A stretch of 56,512 nt of DNA from Myxococcota bacterium (GTDB lineage: Bacteria; Myxococcota_A; UBA9160; UBA6930): assembly GCA_041605395.1 (NCBI GenBank), contig JBFIYM010000002.1, forward strand, positions 1 to 56,512. The letters are read 5' to 3'. The notes under the pieces were generated by a model that was not told where the DNA came from, searched no databases, and saw only the letters and a list, made by a program, of their open reading frames with translations. Positions 26,890 through 35,608 of the stretch are shown piece by piece (the first letter of the stretch is position 1; each line of letters begins with the position of its first letter). Both the position numbers and the translations under genes were made by a program.

Positions 26890-28038
26890 GTGGATTTCGA
26901 ATGGGACCCGGAGGACGCGGCCTACCGCGAGGAGCTGCGCGCGTTCCTCGCGCGCGAGCTGCCGGCGGACTGGGCCACGCTCTCGAAGGACGGCCCCGGC
27001 AGCGACGCGCAGCTCGAGTTCTCGCGGGCATTCTGCGCACGCCTCGCCGAGGCCGGCTGGCTGACCCAGCACTGGCCGGCGGCGTACGGCGGTCGCGACG
27101 CCACGCCCTGGCGTCACGCCGTGCTCGGCGAGGAGATGTGGGCGCACGGCGAGCCCCGTGGCTCGCAGTACATGAACGTGAACTGGATCGGCCCGGCCAT
27201 CATGCAGTACGGCAGCGACGCGCAGAAGGCGCTCCATCTGCCGCGCATCTCGGCCGGCTCCGTGCTCTGGTGCCAGGGATTCTCGGAGCCGAACGCGGGC
27301 TCGGACCTCGCCGCGCTGCGCACCCGGGCCGAGCGCGACGGCGACGTCTACGTCGTGAACGGCCAGAAGATCTGGACGTCCTACTGCAACAAGGCCGACT
27401 ACTGCTTCCTGCTCGTGCGCAGCGATCCCGAGTCGAAGCGGAACCGCGGGATCTCGGTGCTGCTGATGCCGATGGACCTGCCCGGCGTCGAGGTGCGCGA
27501 GATCCCATCGGTGGTGGGCGCACGCTACTTCCACGAGGTGTTCCTGAGCGACGTGCGCGTCCCGGTCGCGTGCCGGCTCGGGCCGGAGCACGAGGGCTGG
27601 GGGGTGGTGACCTACGCGCTCGCCTACGAGCGCGTCGGCGCGGCCCGCTACGCGAAGGCGGCGCTGGTGCTCGACCAGATCGCCGAGCACGCCCGCGCCA
27701 ACGGCCGGCTCGGCGACCCCGTGCTGCAGGAGCGGTTGGCCGAGGCCCGCGCGCTCTGCGAGGCCGCGCGGCTGCTCGCCTATCGCGTGATCGACGGACG
27801 CGTGAAGGGCCAGCCCCCCAGCGTGGACACCAACCTCGCGCGTGTGGCCGGCACCGAGGCCGACAAGGTCGTGGGCGAGCTGGCCCTCGAGGTCCATGGC
27901 AGCGAGGCGCTCGCCTACGAGAGCTTCGCGGCGGCGAACTTCCGGCTCTCGATGACCGCCGGCGTGGCGGTCGGCGCCACCGAGGTGCAGCTCAACCTGA
28001 TCGCCGCCCGCTTCCTCGAGCTGCCGAAGGGACCATGA
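26890..28038 (+). CDS. acyl-CoA dehydrogenase (catalytic, alpha-type subunit)
   Basis: GTG at 26890, 9 nt after GGAG. It has 'WCQGFSEPNAGSDLAALRT', 'VNGQKIWTS' and 'YALAYERVG'. Confidence 0.85.
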   Translation: MDFEWDPEDAAYREELRAFLARELPADWATLSKDGPGSDAQLEFSRAFCARLAEAGWLTQHWPAAYGGRDATPWRHAVLGEEMWAHGEPRGSQYMNVNWIGPAIMQYGSDAQKALHLPRISAGSVLWCQGFSEPNAGSDLAALRTRAERDGDVYVVNGQKIWTSYCNKADYCFLLVRSDPESKRNRGISVLLMPMDLPGVEVREIPSVVGARYFHEVFLSDVRVPVACRLGPEHEGWGVVTYALAYERVGAARYAKAALVLDQIAEHARANGRLGDPVLQERLAEARALCEAARLLAYRVIDGRVKGQPPSVDTNLARVAGTEADKVVGELALEVHGSEALAYESFAAANFRLSMTAGVAVGATEVQLNLIAARFLELPKGP

Positions 28039-28060
28039 GCATCGAGGGGACCGAGGAACC

Positions 28061-29011
28061 ATGGACTTCGAGCTGACCGACGACCAGCAGGCGGTGCTCG
28101 ACGGGGTGGACGCGATCCTGGCGCGGTTCGCGGGGCCCGCGCGCGCGGCCGAGCTGGCGGCGAAGGGGGGCTACGACGATGCGCTCGAGGCCGCGCTCGG
28201 CGAGGCCGGCTACGCCGAAATCGCGCTCGGGGACGGGACGGGTGCGCTCGAGGCGGCGCTGGTCGCCGAGCGCGTGGCGCGCGCGGCCGGCGGGGTCGCG
28301 TTCGCGGCCAGCGGCCTGGTGGCGCCGCTCGTCGCGGGGCGCGCGCTGCCCGGCCCCGTGGCGCTGGCCGAGGCCGACGAGGAGGGCCCGATCCGGTTCG
28401 CGCCCGCCGCCCGCACGCTGCTGGTGCGCGACGGGGACGTCGCGCGCTGGGCACCGCTCGGCCCGGGGGACGTCGAGCTCGTGCCCTCGAACTTCGGCTA
28501 CCCGGTCGGACGCGTACGCGCGTCCGCGCGTCGCGGCGTCGAGTCGCTCGGCGCGGGCTCGGGGCGGCGCCTGCTCGCCTGGTGGCGCGTGGCCCTCGGC
28601 GCCGAGGCGCTCGGCGCGATGGACGCCGCGCTCCGCTTCACGGTCGGCTACCTGCGACAGCGCGAGCAGTTCGGCCGCCCCCTCGGCTCCTTCCAGGGCG
28701 TGCAGCATCGCCTCGCCTCGTGTGCCGTGGCGATCGAGGGCAGCCGCTGGCTGGTCTACGAGGCGGCGGCCCAGGGCGCGCCGGACGAAGCCGCCGCCTG
28801 CGCGGCCAGCTACGCGCTCGCTGCCGCGGGCCGCGTGCACCGCGAGACCCACCAGCTCTCCGGCGCCATCGGCTACACGACGGAGCACGACCTGCACGTC
28901 TGGAGCATGCGCCTCCAGGCGCTTCGCCTGGAGCTCGGCGGGCCGGGCGCGCAGCTGCGCGCGCTGGCCACGGAGCGCTGGGGAGCGCCGCCCGCGGGCG
29001 ACCGCCGCTAG
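28061..29011 (+). CDS. acyl-CoA dehydrogenase family protein (short, beta-type partner subunit)
   Basis: The 316-aa product has an ACAD C-terminal helical domain ('YLRQREQFGRPLGSFQGVQHRLA') and a degenerate N-terminal/middle domain. It directly follows the longer ACAD. Confidence 0.75.
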   Translation: MDFELTDDQQAVLDGVDAILARFAGPARAAELAAKGGYDDALEAALGEAGYAEIALGDGTGALEAALVAERVARAAGGVAFAASGLVAPLVAGRALPGPVALAEADEEGPIRFAPAARTLLVRDGDVARWAPLGPGDVELVPSNFGYPVGRVRASARRGVESLGAGSGRRLLAWWRVALGAEALGAMDAALRFTVGYLRQREQFGRPLGSFQGVQHRLASCAVAIEGSRWLVYEAAAQGAPDEAAACAASYALAAAGRVHRETHQLSGAIGYTTEHDLHVWSMRLQALRLELGGPGAQLRALATERWGAPPAGDRR

Positions 29012-29015
29012 CCCC

Positions 29016-29984
29016 GTGGCGCGCTTCGCGGCGACCGTTCCGTTTCCGGGGATCGCCCTCGACGCGCACGCCCCCGCGATCGCGGCGCTGGAGCAGGCCG
29101 GGTACACCGACTTCTGGACACAGGAGGTGCGCGGCCTGGATGCGCTCACGCCGCTGGCGGCGCTCGCGGCCCAGGCGCCACGGGCGCGACTCGGCGCGGC
29201 GATCGCGGGGGTGTACACGCGCGGCCCGGCCCTCCTCGCGATGGAGGCCGCGAGCGTCGCCGAAGCCGCGCCTGGACGCTTCGTGCTCGGGATCGGCACC
29301 TCCTCCGAGACGATCGTCGAGGGCTGGAACGCGGCGCGCTTCGAGCGACCGCTCGCCCGCGTGCGCGACACGCTGCGCTTCCTGCGCCGCGCCCTCGCCG
29401 GCGAGCGCGTCGACGCGGCCTACGAGACGTTCCGCGTCGAGGGCTTCTCGCTCGCCCGGCCACCCGCCACGCCGCCGACGCTCTGGATCGCGGCCCTTCG
29501 CGAGCGCATGCTCGCGCTCGCGGGCGCCGAGGCGGACGGCGTGTGCCTCAGCCTGGTCTCCCCGGACGACGTGCGCGCCGTACTGCCCCACTTCGAGCGC
29601 GCCGGCGGTCGCGGCAAGGAGGTGTTCCTGCGCGTCGCCGTGTTCGCCCTCGCGGACGCCGTGCGCGCCCGCCGGCTCGGGCGCAAGCTGCTCGCCCCCT
29701 ACCTAGCGGCGGGGCCGTACGCCCGCTTCCACGGCGCCCTCGGCCGCGCGGAGGAGGTGACGCGCGTGGCGGCGGCGCTGGCCGCACGCGATCGCGCGGC
29801 GGCCTTCGCCGCCATCCCCGACGCCTGGATCGACGGCCTGGTGGTCCACGGCAGCCCCGACGCCTGCCAGAGGCAGCTCGCGCGTTTCGTCGCGGCCGGC
29901 GTGACCACGCTCGCGATCGACGTGGTCGCCTCCGACCTGCCGTGGCTCGGGGCGCAGCAGGCGGTCGTCCCCCGTCAGATCTGA
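29016..29984 (+). CDS. LLM class (luciferase-like) flavin/F420-dependent oxidoreductase
   Basis: GTG at 29016. It has '[10 protein letters not shown]', '[17 protein letters not shown]' and '[22 protein letters not shown]'. Confidence 0.8.
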   Translation: MARFAATVPFPGIALDAHAPAIAALEQAGYTDFWTQEVRGLDALTPLAALAAQAPRARLGAAIAGVYTRGPALLAMEAASVAEAAPGRFVLGIGTSSETIVEGWNAARFERPLARVRDTLRFLRRALAGERVDAAYETFRVEGFSLARPPATPPTLWIAALRERMLALAGAEADGVCLSLVSPDDVRAVLPHFERAGGRGKEVFLRVAVFALADAVRARRLGRKLLAPYLAAGPYARFHGALGRAEEVTRVAAALAARDRAAAFAAIPDAWIDGLVVHGSPDACQRQLARFVAAGVTTLAIDVVASDLPWLGAQQAVVPRQI

Positions 29985-30700
29985 CGTAGGATCCAGCGCT
30001 GTCGCTCGCGCAGCGTCGGCGAGGGACGCGCGATGCTCGAGCGTCGCGGGCTCGGGAGGCTCGCGGCCAGCAGCGCCGCCTCGCGCCGGCCGAGGTGCGC
30101 CGCCGCGGTGCCGAAATGGTGGCGCGCCGCGGCCTCGGCGCCGAACACGCCGTCGCCGAGCTCGACGACGTTCAGGTAGACCTCGAGGATGCGCTGCTTC
30201 GGCCAGAGCGTCTCGAGCCAGAACGTGAGCCACGCCTCGAGCGCCTTGCGGAGCAGGCTCCGGCCCGGCCACAGGAACAGGTTCTTGGCGAGCTGCTGGC
30301 TGATGGTGCTGGCGCCCCGGAGTCGTCCGCCGTCGCGCGACTCGCGGAGGGCGTCGCCCATCGACTCCCAGTCGAAACCCCGGTGCTGGTAGAAGCGCTG
30401 GTCCTCGGATACGACGACGGCGGCGCGCAGGGCGGGGGAGATGCGCGAGAGCGGCACCCAGTCGTAGCGGAGGACGAAGCGGCGCTCTTCTCCGCGCGCT
30501 TCCAGCCAGCGCTGGACCATCAGCGCCGAGCCGAGCGGCGGCACCACCCGCATCAGCGAGATCGGGAGCGCGGGGGCCACGAACCCCAGCACCAGCGCGA
30601 TGGCGAGCGCGCGGACGAGGCGCCGGCGGAGGCGCGGCTTCGGTCTCTGCCGGGCGCGCGGGCCGCGCCGGCGGAGCCTAGAGATCCATGTCTTCTTCAT
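29975..30700 (-). CDS. mtgA: monofunctional biosynthetic peptidoglycan transglycosylase
   Basis: It has an N-terminal membrane anchor. GT51 motifs '[15 protein letters not shown]', '[15 protein letters not shown]' and '[20 protein letters not shown]' are present. Confidence 0.9.
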   Translation of the reverse strand: MKKTWISRLRRRGPRARQRPKPRLRRRLVRALAIALVLGFVAPALPISLMRVVPPLGSALMVQRWLEARGEERRFVLRYDWVPLSRISPALRAAVVVSEDQRFYQHRGFDWESMGDALRESRDGGRLRGASTISQQLAKNLFLWPGRSLLRKALEAWLTFWLETLWPKQRILEVYLNVVELGDGVFGAEAAARHHFGTAAAHLGRREAALLAASLPSPRRSSIARPSPTLRERQRWILRQI

Positions 30701-30917
30701 CGGCCGGCGCGGCCTGGATCGGATGCGGGGCGTACTCGGGCCCGTCGTCCCAGCCCGGGATGCGCCGGGCCTCGGCCAGCCAGGACTCGGCGACGTGATC
30801 GTCGAGCACCACCGAGTTCCCGCCGAAGCCGTCCAGGATGCCGTCCCAGAGCGACTGTCCCCCGTTCTCCCACCAGCGCCGCGAGGGGTGCTCGTAGTCG
30901 ATCGCCAGCTTGACCAT
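30678..30917 (-). CDS. hypothetical small acidic Trp-rich protein (79 aa)
   Basis: ATG at 30917 is preceded by AGGAA. Third-position G/C is strong and the amino-acid composition is realistic ([26 protein letters not shown]...). It is nested between the LLM stop and the mtgA start. I recognised no family. Confidence 0.55.
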   Translation of the reverse strand: MVKLAIDYEHPSRRWWENGGQSLWDGILDGFGGNSVVLDDHVAESWLAEARRIPGWDDGPEYAPHPIQAAPADEEDMDL

Positions 30918-30925
30918 CCCGGTTC

Positions 30926-31873
30926 CTACTTGCCCGTCAACGGGGCGACGACGTGCTCCGCGAAGCGCGACAGCGCGTCCTCGTCGCGTCCCTGGATCAC
31001 GACGTAGGAGATGCCGAAGCGCTCGCGGCGGCGCTCCAGCGTCTCGCGGATCTCCTGCGCAGGACCGGTCAGGTAGAGCGGGCAGGCGGCGACCTCGGCC
31101 TCGCTCATGCCGCCGTTCTTCGCGAGCGCCTCGCGCACGGGGCGCGGGTCGTCCGTCACCGCGGTCACGAACACCAGTGCGTTCCACTCGAGGGCGTCCG
31201 GGTCGCGTCCCGCAGCGGACGCGGCCTCCCGCACCCAGCGCACCTTCTCGAGCGTGCGCTCTGCGGTCGAATCCTGCATGGCGGCGGCGGTCACGCGTCC
31301 CTCCGCGACCTTCGGGTTGATGCCCACGATGTCGGCGTTTCGGCCGGCCACGGCCAGCACCTTCGGGCCGCCGCCCCCGATCAGGATGCGCGGGGGCGCG
31401 GGACGCGGGAGCACGGCCGCCTGGGCCTTCTGGATGCGGTAGTGCGCGCCGGCGAAGTCGGTCGCATCTTCGCTCCAGGTGCTGCGGATGATGCGGATCG
31501 CCTCCTCGAGGCGTTCGATGCGGAGGCCGGCCCGGTCGTGTGGGATCCCCGCCTCCTGGTAGTCCGACGTCATCCAGCCCGCGCCGAGGCCGAACTCGTG
31601 GCGACCGCCCGAGAGCAGCTGGAGCGTCGCGGCGGCCTTGGCGAGCACGATCGGATGCCGGTAGTCGACGCCGTAGACGAGCGAGCCCACCTTGAGCCGC
31701 GTCGTCGTGGCGGCGACCGCCGCAAGCGCCGTGACCGGCTCCCACTGCGGGCCGAAGTGGTCCGGCCAGAACACGCTGTCGTAGCCCCAGGCCTCGATGC
31801 GCTCGATGCGCGCCTGCCAGTCCGCCGGCGGCAGGCTGCTGAGCTGGACCCCGAAGCGGAAGGGGTGCGTCAT
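30926..31873 (-). CDS. LLM class F420-dependent-type oxidoreductase
   Basis: ATG at 31873 after GGAGAA. It has 'FRFGVQLSS', 'GYDSVFWPDHF' and 'EFGLGAGWMTSDYQEAG'. The upstream part of the listed ORF overlaps the HupE gene. Confidence 0.85.
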   Translation of the reverse strand: MTHPFRFGVQLSSLPPADWQARIERIEAWGYDSVFWPDHFGPQWEPVTALAAVAATTTRLKVGSLVYGVDYRHPIVLAKAAATLQLLSGGRHEFGLGAGWMTSDYQEAGIPHDRAGLRIERLEEAIRIIRSTWSEDATDFAGAHYRIQKAQAAVLPRPAPPRILIGGGGPKVLAVAGRNADIVGINPKVAEGRVTAAAMQDSTAERTLEKVRWVREAASAAGRDPDALEWNALVFVTAVTDDPRPVREALAKNGGMSEAEVAACPLYLTGPAQEIRETLERRRERFGISYVVIQGRDEDALSRFAEHVVAPLTGK

Positions 31874-31889
31874 GGATTCTCCGGTGGTT

Positions 31890-32876
31890 TCACAGCGAAG
31901 CCCAGCTCGCGGCGCGGTCGAAGACCAGGTACATCCCGAGCGCGCCGAGCGCCGTCGCGGGAAGCTCGCAGAACCAGGGGCGGCCCGGAAGGGGCAGGCG
32001 GCGGAGGGCGGCGAGCAGCGGCAGCGCCAGCGCCACCACGGCGAGCTGGCCGAGCTCGATGCCGACGTTGAACGAGAAGAGGGACAGCACGAGCGCATGC
32101 TGCGGGAGGCCGGCGGCGGTGAGGGCGCCCGCGAAGCCGAGCCCGTGCAGCAGGCCGAAGCCGAACGGCAGCGCGGCGGGGCGGCGGGCGAGCGCGGAGC
32201 CGGCGCCGCGGTCCGGGCGCACCAGCGCCAGCGCGAGCGCCACCAGGCTCACGGCGATCGCGATCTCGACGGGTGCGGCCGGCATGCGGACCCAGCCCAG
32301 CACCGCGGCGGCGAGCGTGGCGCTGTGGCCCGCGGTGAAGGCGGTGATCGCGAGCACCAGGGGCCGGCCCACACGCAGCAGGGCCACGAGGCCCAGCACG
32401 AAGAGCACGTGGTCGAGCCCCGAAAGCAGATGCGCGACCCCGAGGCGGCCGTAGGCCCAGACGACGGCGCCGCCGCTCTCGCCCGCCGGAATCGAGAGCT
32501 GCGGCCGGCCCGCGGTGAGGACCGCATCGAGCGTGCGCCCGTCCGCGAAGCGCACGTGCAGCAGCGCGTCGGTGCCGCTGCCCGCGAGGCCACTCACGCC
32601 GACCTGCCGCCCGACCAGACCGCTCTCGCAGCGGAGGGAGCCGCGCAGCACGCGGGCCGTCGGCTCGTCGACCGCCACCGGCTGGGTCGCTGTGGGGCAT
32701 GGCAGGAGCGGCGCCAGGCGCGCGCCGCGCGCCACCAGGCGCGGCGTCCGCCACAGCATCGCCACCTCGCCTCCGGCTTCCTCGCGGAGCTCCAGGTAGG
32801 ACGGCGCCAGGCGATGCGCGAGCGCCGCGTCGCCGAGCCAGGGAAGCACGCAGACGAGGAGCGCGAGGATCCTCAC
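31890..32876 (-). CDS. HupE/UreJ family metal (Ni/Co-type) transporter-like membrane protein with N-terminal periplasmic domain
   Basis: GTG start. The signal peptide ends '..AALA|H', which leaves a mature N-terminal His. It has 'GVAHLLSGLDHVLFVLGL' and 'GLLHGLGFA' HupE motifs. Confidence 0.8.
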   Translation of the reverse strand: MRILALLVCVLPWLGDAALAHRLAPSYLELREEAGGEVAMLWRTPRLVARGARLAPLLPCPTATQPVAVDEPTARVLRGSLRCESGLVGRQVGVSGLAGSGTDALLHVRFADGRTLDAVLTAGRPQLSIPAGESGGAVVWAYGRLGVAHLLSGLDHVLFVLGLVALLRVGRPLVLAITAFTAGHSATLAAAVLGWVRMPAAPVEIAIAVSLVALALALVRPDRGAGSALARRPAALPFGFGLLHGLGFAGALTAAGLPQHALVLSLFSFNVGIELGQLAVVALALPLLAALRRLPLPGRPWFCELPATALGALGMYLVFDRAASWASL

Positions 32877-33658
32877 CGGCTGCCCCGCAAGCCGGCGAGC
32901 CGTCGTTCCACGGCCGCGGCGGCGCGTTCCGCGAGCAGGGCCTCGCGCAGCTCCGAGCGCACCGTCTCGAAGCGCGAGCGACGCGCGGGCGTCCGGGCGT
33001 CCACGAAGACCCAGTGATGGCCGTAGGCCGACGGCACCGGGCCGAACCAGCGGCCGGTCGGCCCGGCGAAGGCGCCCTCGGCGAACGCGGGGCCGAAGCG
33101 GGCCGCGAGCTCGGCCTTCGAGTGGGGCGGCAGCGTGCGCGGGAGGGGCAGCGGATCCCCCGGCAGCGGCGCGACGTCCGGCCGCGCTGGGAGGTCCCGA
33201 TGCGCGGCCTCTGCGCGTGCCGCCGACGCGAAGTAGAGCTGGGTCACGGTGATCCGCTCCGGCTCCGTGAAACGCTCCGCGTGGGCCTCGAGATAGCCGC
33301 GGAGCTCCGCCTCGCTGGGCTCGATCGCGTGCGCCTCGGCGCCGAACAGCAGCCGCATCTTCTGCGCGAGCCGGCGCCGCACCACGAGGTCGCTCTCGTG
33401 CAGGCCGAGGCCGATCGCCTCGTCGAGAAGCGCGGCGTCGCTGCGCGAATCGTCCGGACGCACGAAGCGCAGGTTCTGCACCAGGCGCCGGCGCACCACG
33501 TCGTCCCGCAGGTGGAGATCCCGGGCGAGCGCCTCGGCCACCAGCAGCCCGTCGTCGTCGAGCGCGGCGTCGTGGGCGAGGGGCTCCGCGGGCTGCGCGC
33601 GATCGAGCGTGAAGAGCAGCGCCCCGAGCAGGGCGAAGCGCAGCAGCGGCCGCCTCAA
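32873..33658 (-). CDS. parvulin/PpiC-type peptidyl-prolyl isomerase-like protein (membrane anchored)
   Basis: Proposed TTG start at 33658 overlaps the DUF3604 stop (TTGA). The N-terminus has a hydrophobic anchor 'LLRFALLGALLF'. The C-terminal 'GPVPSAYGHHWVFV' is rotamase-like. Both the start and the family call are tentative. Confidence 0.6.
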   Translation of the reverse strand: MRRPLLRFALLGALLFTLDRAQPAEPLAHDAALDDDGLLVAEALARDLHLRDDVVRRRLVQNLRFVRPDDSRSDAALLDEAIGLGLHESDLVVRRRLAQKMRLLFGAEAHAIEPSEAELRGYLEAHAERFTEPERITVTQLYFASAARAEAAHRDLPARPDVAPLPGDPLPLPRTLPPHSKAELAARFGPAFAEGAFAGPTGRWFGPVPSAYGHHWVFVDARTPARRSRFETVRSELREALLAERAAAAVERRLAGLRGSR

Positions 33659-35544
33659 GGCTGGTACCAGACCGGGGACGACCACGCGCGCTCCTGCACG
33701 GTCGGCCGGTGGGAGGCGTCGCAGCATCCGTCCAGGCCCGGGCCGATCGAGGCGGGGTCGCCGCAGTCGACGCCGGCCGCGCTGCACACGTGCTGGCTCC
33801 AGCGACAGCTCGGGTTCTCGAGCACGCGCGCGTAGTAGAACGCGGGCAGGGCGGGGTCGAAGTCGGGATCGGCCCAGACCGTGCAGAGCCGCGCGTGGCC
33901 GCTGCCGCTTCGCTGGCAGCTGGCGAGGTCGACGCCGGCGTCGTTCGGCCCGCCGGCCACGTCCCACACCCGCTCGTGGAGGGCGCCCGCAGCGAGCCAG
34001 CCCTTCACGATCTGGATGCGTTGCAGGGGAGCACCGGGGTCGTGCTCGGTGCCCGGGTCCTTGAGTGCCTGCACGGCGAGTCGGAGCGCGGAAGGGGCGC
34101 TCGCCCCGGGCGCCTCGAGGATGCCGCCCATCGGGACGCCGTCGCCGTAGCCCCGGGCGACGAAGTCGCTGCGCGCGCAGAGGTCCGCGGGCAGGGCGAA
34201 GCCGCCGAACACGCGCAGCACGGGCCGCGGGCCGCTGGTGCCGTAGACCTCGCGGCGCAGCATGGCGTCGAAGAGGGCCGTCCGCGTGTTCTCCTCCGCC
34301 CAGATCACGGCGAGGCCGCCCGGGCCGAACTCGAGCGCGTCGGGGAGGCCCTCCGGGAGCGCATCGCCGACCGGCGTGCCCGCGCCCCCGTGGCCCGGGA
34401 AGTCGCGCTCGGACACCAGCCCCGGCGTGCCGAGGTGCGTGTCGGTGCTCGCCACCAGGCCGTAGCGGAACGGGTTGGCGCCGTACGCGGCCTCGAGCGC
34501 GAGCCCCCGCTTGAGGGCCTCACGCACGAACTGGCCACGCTGCGGCTCGGCGGCGCCCACGAACGCGTAGCGGCCCCCGAAATTGTCGTAGGGGAGCTTC
34601 TCGAAGCCGCAGGCCTCGTCGGTGGTGTCCCCCGAGAGCAGGCACTCGGAGTCGCCCTTGTGCTGCATCACCTCGACCAGGGGCTCGAAGTGCGCGCGCC
34701 GCCTCGCTTCGTCGGCGCCGATCTCGCCGCCGAGGACCTCGGCCGACCGGAACATGAGCCCGCCGTCCAGGTTCGAGTTGTGCGGAATCGTGAGCGCCTG
34801 GCAGCCGGGGAGGCCACGCGCGCAGTCGCGTTCGAGGGCGTCCCAGAGCCTCGCGGCCTCGACGCCCGTCTCCATCACGCTCGCCGGCAGCTCGGGCACG
34901 GGCTCGTCGCGGAAGATCACGTTGCGGTGGAGGTTCTTTCCGTTGTCGACGCCCGCCGTCCACTCGTAGGCGACGAAGCTCGTGAAGCGGCAGGCGGCGC
35001 TGCGGTCGTAGGCGGCCTCGGCCGCCGCGCGCGTCTCCTGCCAGACGCTGCGCGCCGCGGCGAGGCAGCCCGCCCCCTCGTCGCCGCAGAAGCCGAAGCG
35101 CGAGCCGCCCGCCGAGTAGCGCGCGTTCATCAGGAAGAAGGCGACGCGGGGGAAGGCGCGGTAGAGGCGGCACACCCAGGCGTCGTAGCCGGAGCTGCCG
35201 GGCGTGCGGCACAGCCGGACCTCGCCGATCTGCTCGGCGTGATCCGTGACCGCGGCGAAGTCGAGCGGTCGCGCCAGCTGCACCGTCCGCAGCGGCTGGC
35301 CGTCCTCGCGGAAGGGCTGGATGCCGAGCGCCTCGCCTCGCGCGAAGTGGTAGGCGTCGCGCGGCGTCGAGCGCGTGCCCTGGGTGCTGGCGTCTTGCGA
35401 GTAGCCGGTGTGGACGTGGAGGTCGCCGAAGAACGGACGCCGCTCCGGGTCCCGGTTCGCGCAGGGCTCGCGGGTCTCGGCGCCGGCGCCGATCGCGAGC
35501 CATGAGATCAGGGCGATGCCGAACACCGCGAACTGTCGTCGCAT
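33655..35544 (-). CDS. DUF3604 domain-containing secreted protein (PHP-like metal hydrolase fold)
   Basis: ATG at 35544. It has signal peptide 'FAVFGIALISWLAIGAGA' and 'FFGDLHVHTGYSQDAS', with length and Cys-rich tail typical of DUF3604. Confidence 0.8.
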   Translation of the reverse strand: MRRQFAVFGIALISWLAIGAGAETREPCANRDPERRPFFGDLHVHTGYSQDASTQGTRSTPRDAYHFARGEALGIQPFREDGQPLRTVQLARPLDFAAVTDHAEQIGEVRLCRTPGSSGYDAWVCRLYRAFPRVAFFLMNARYSAGGSRFGFCGDEGAGCLAAARSVWQETRAAAEAAYDRSAACRFTSFVAYEWTAGVDNGKNLHRNVIFRDEPVPELPASVMETGVEAARLWDALERDCARGLPGCQALTIPHNSNLDGGLMFRSAEVLGGEIGADEARRRAHFEPLVEVMQHKGDSECLLSGDTTDEACGFEKLPYDNFGGRYAFVGAAEPQRGQFVREALKRGLALEAAYGANPFRYGLVASTDTHLGTPGLVSERDFPGHGGAGTPVGDALPEGLPDALEFGPGGLAVIWAEENTRTALFDAMLRREVYGTSGPRPVLRVFGGFALPADLCARSDFVARGYGDGVPMGGILEAPGASAPSALRLAVQALKDPGTEHDPGAPLQRIQIVKGWLAAGALHERVWDVAGGPNDAGVDLASCQRSGSGHARLCTVWADPDFDPALPAFYYARVLENPSCRWSQHVCSAAGVDCGDPASIGPGLDGCCDASHRPTVQERAWSSPVWYQP

Positions 35545-35608
35545 GAACACTCTGCTCGCCCCCAAAGGGGCCGGATGATAGCCTCGCCCTCTCGTCAGGA
35601 GACCGGGC

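Noticed and set aside
28026-28065. Similar junction sequences 'AGGGACCATGA' and 'AGGAACCATGG' 26 nt apart at the ACAD alpha/beta boundary. Also a 10-nt repeat 'GTGAAGCGGG' at 13346 and 13366 at the split-XdhC boundary.
   Set aside because: The matches are short (9 of 11 and 10 of 10). They consist of SD-plus-start-codon context that can recur by convergence. The evidence for duplication is much weaker than for the two 29-bp cases.
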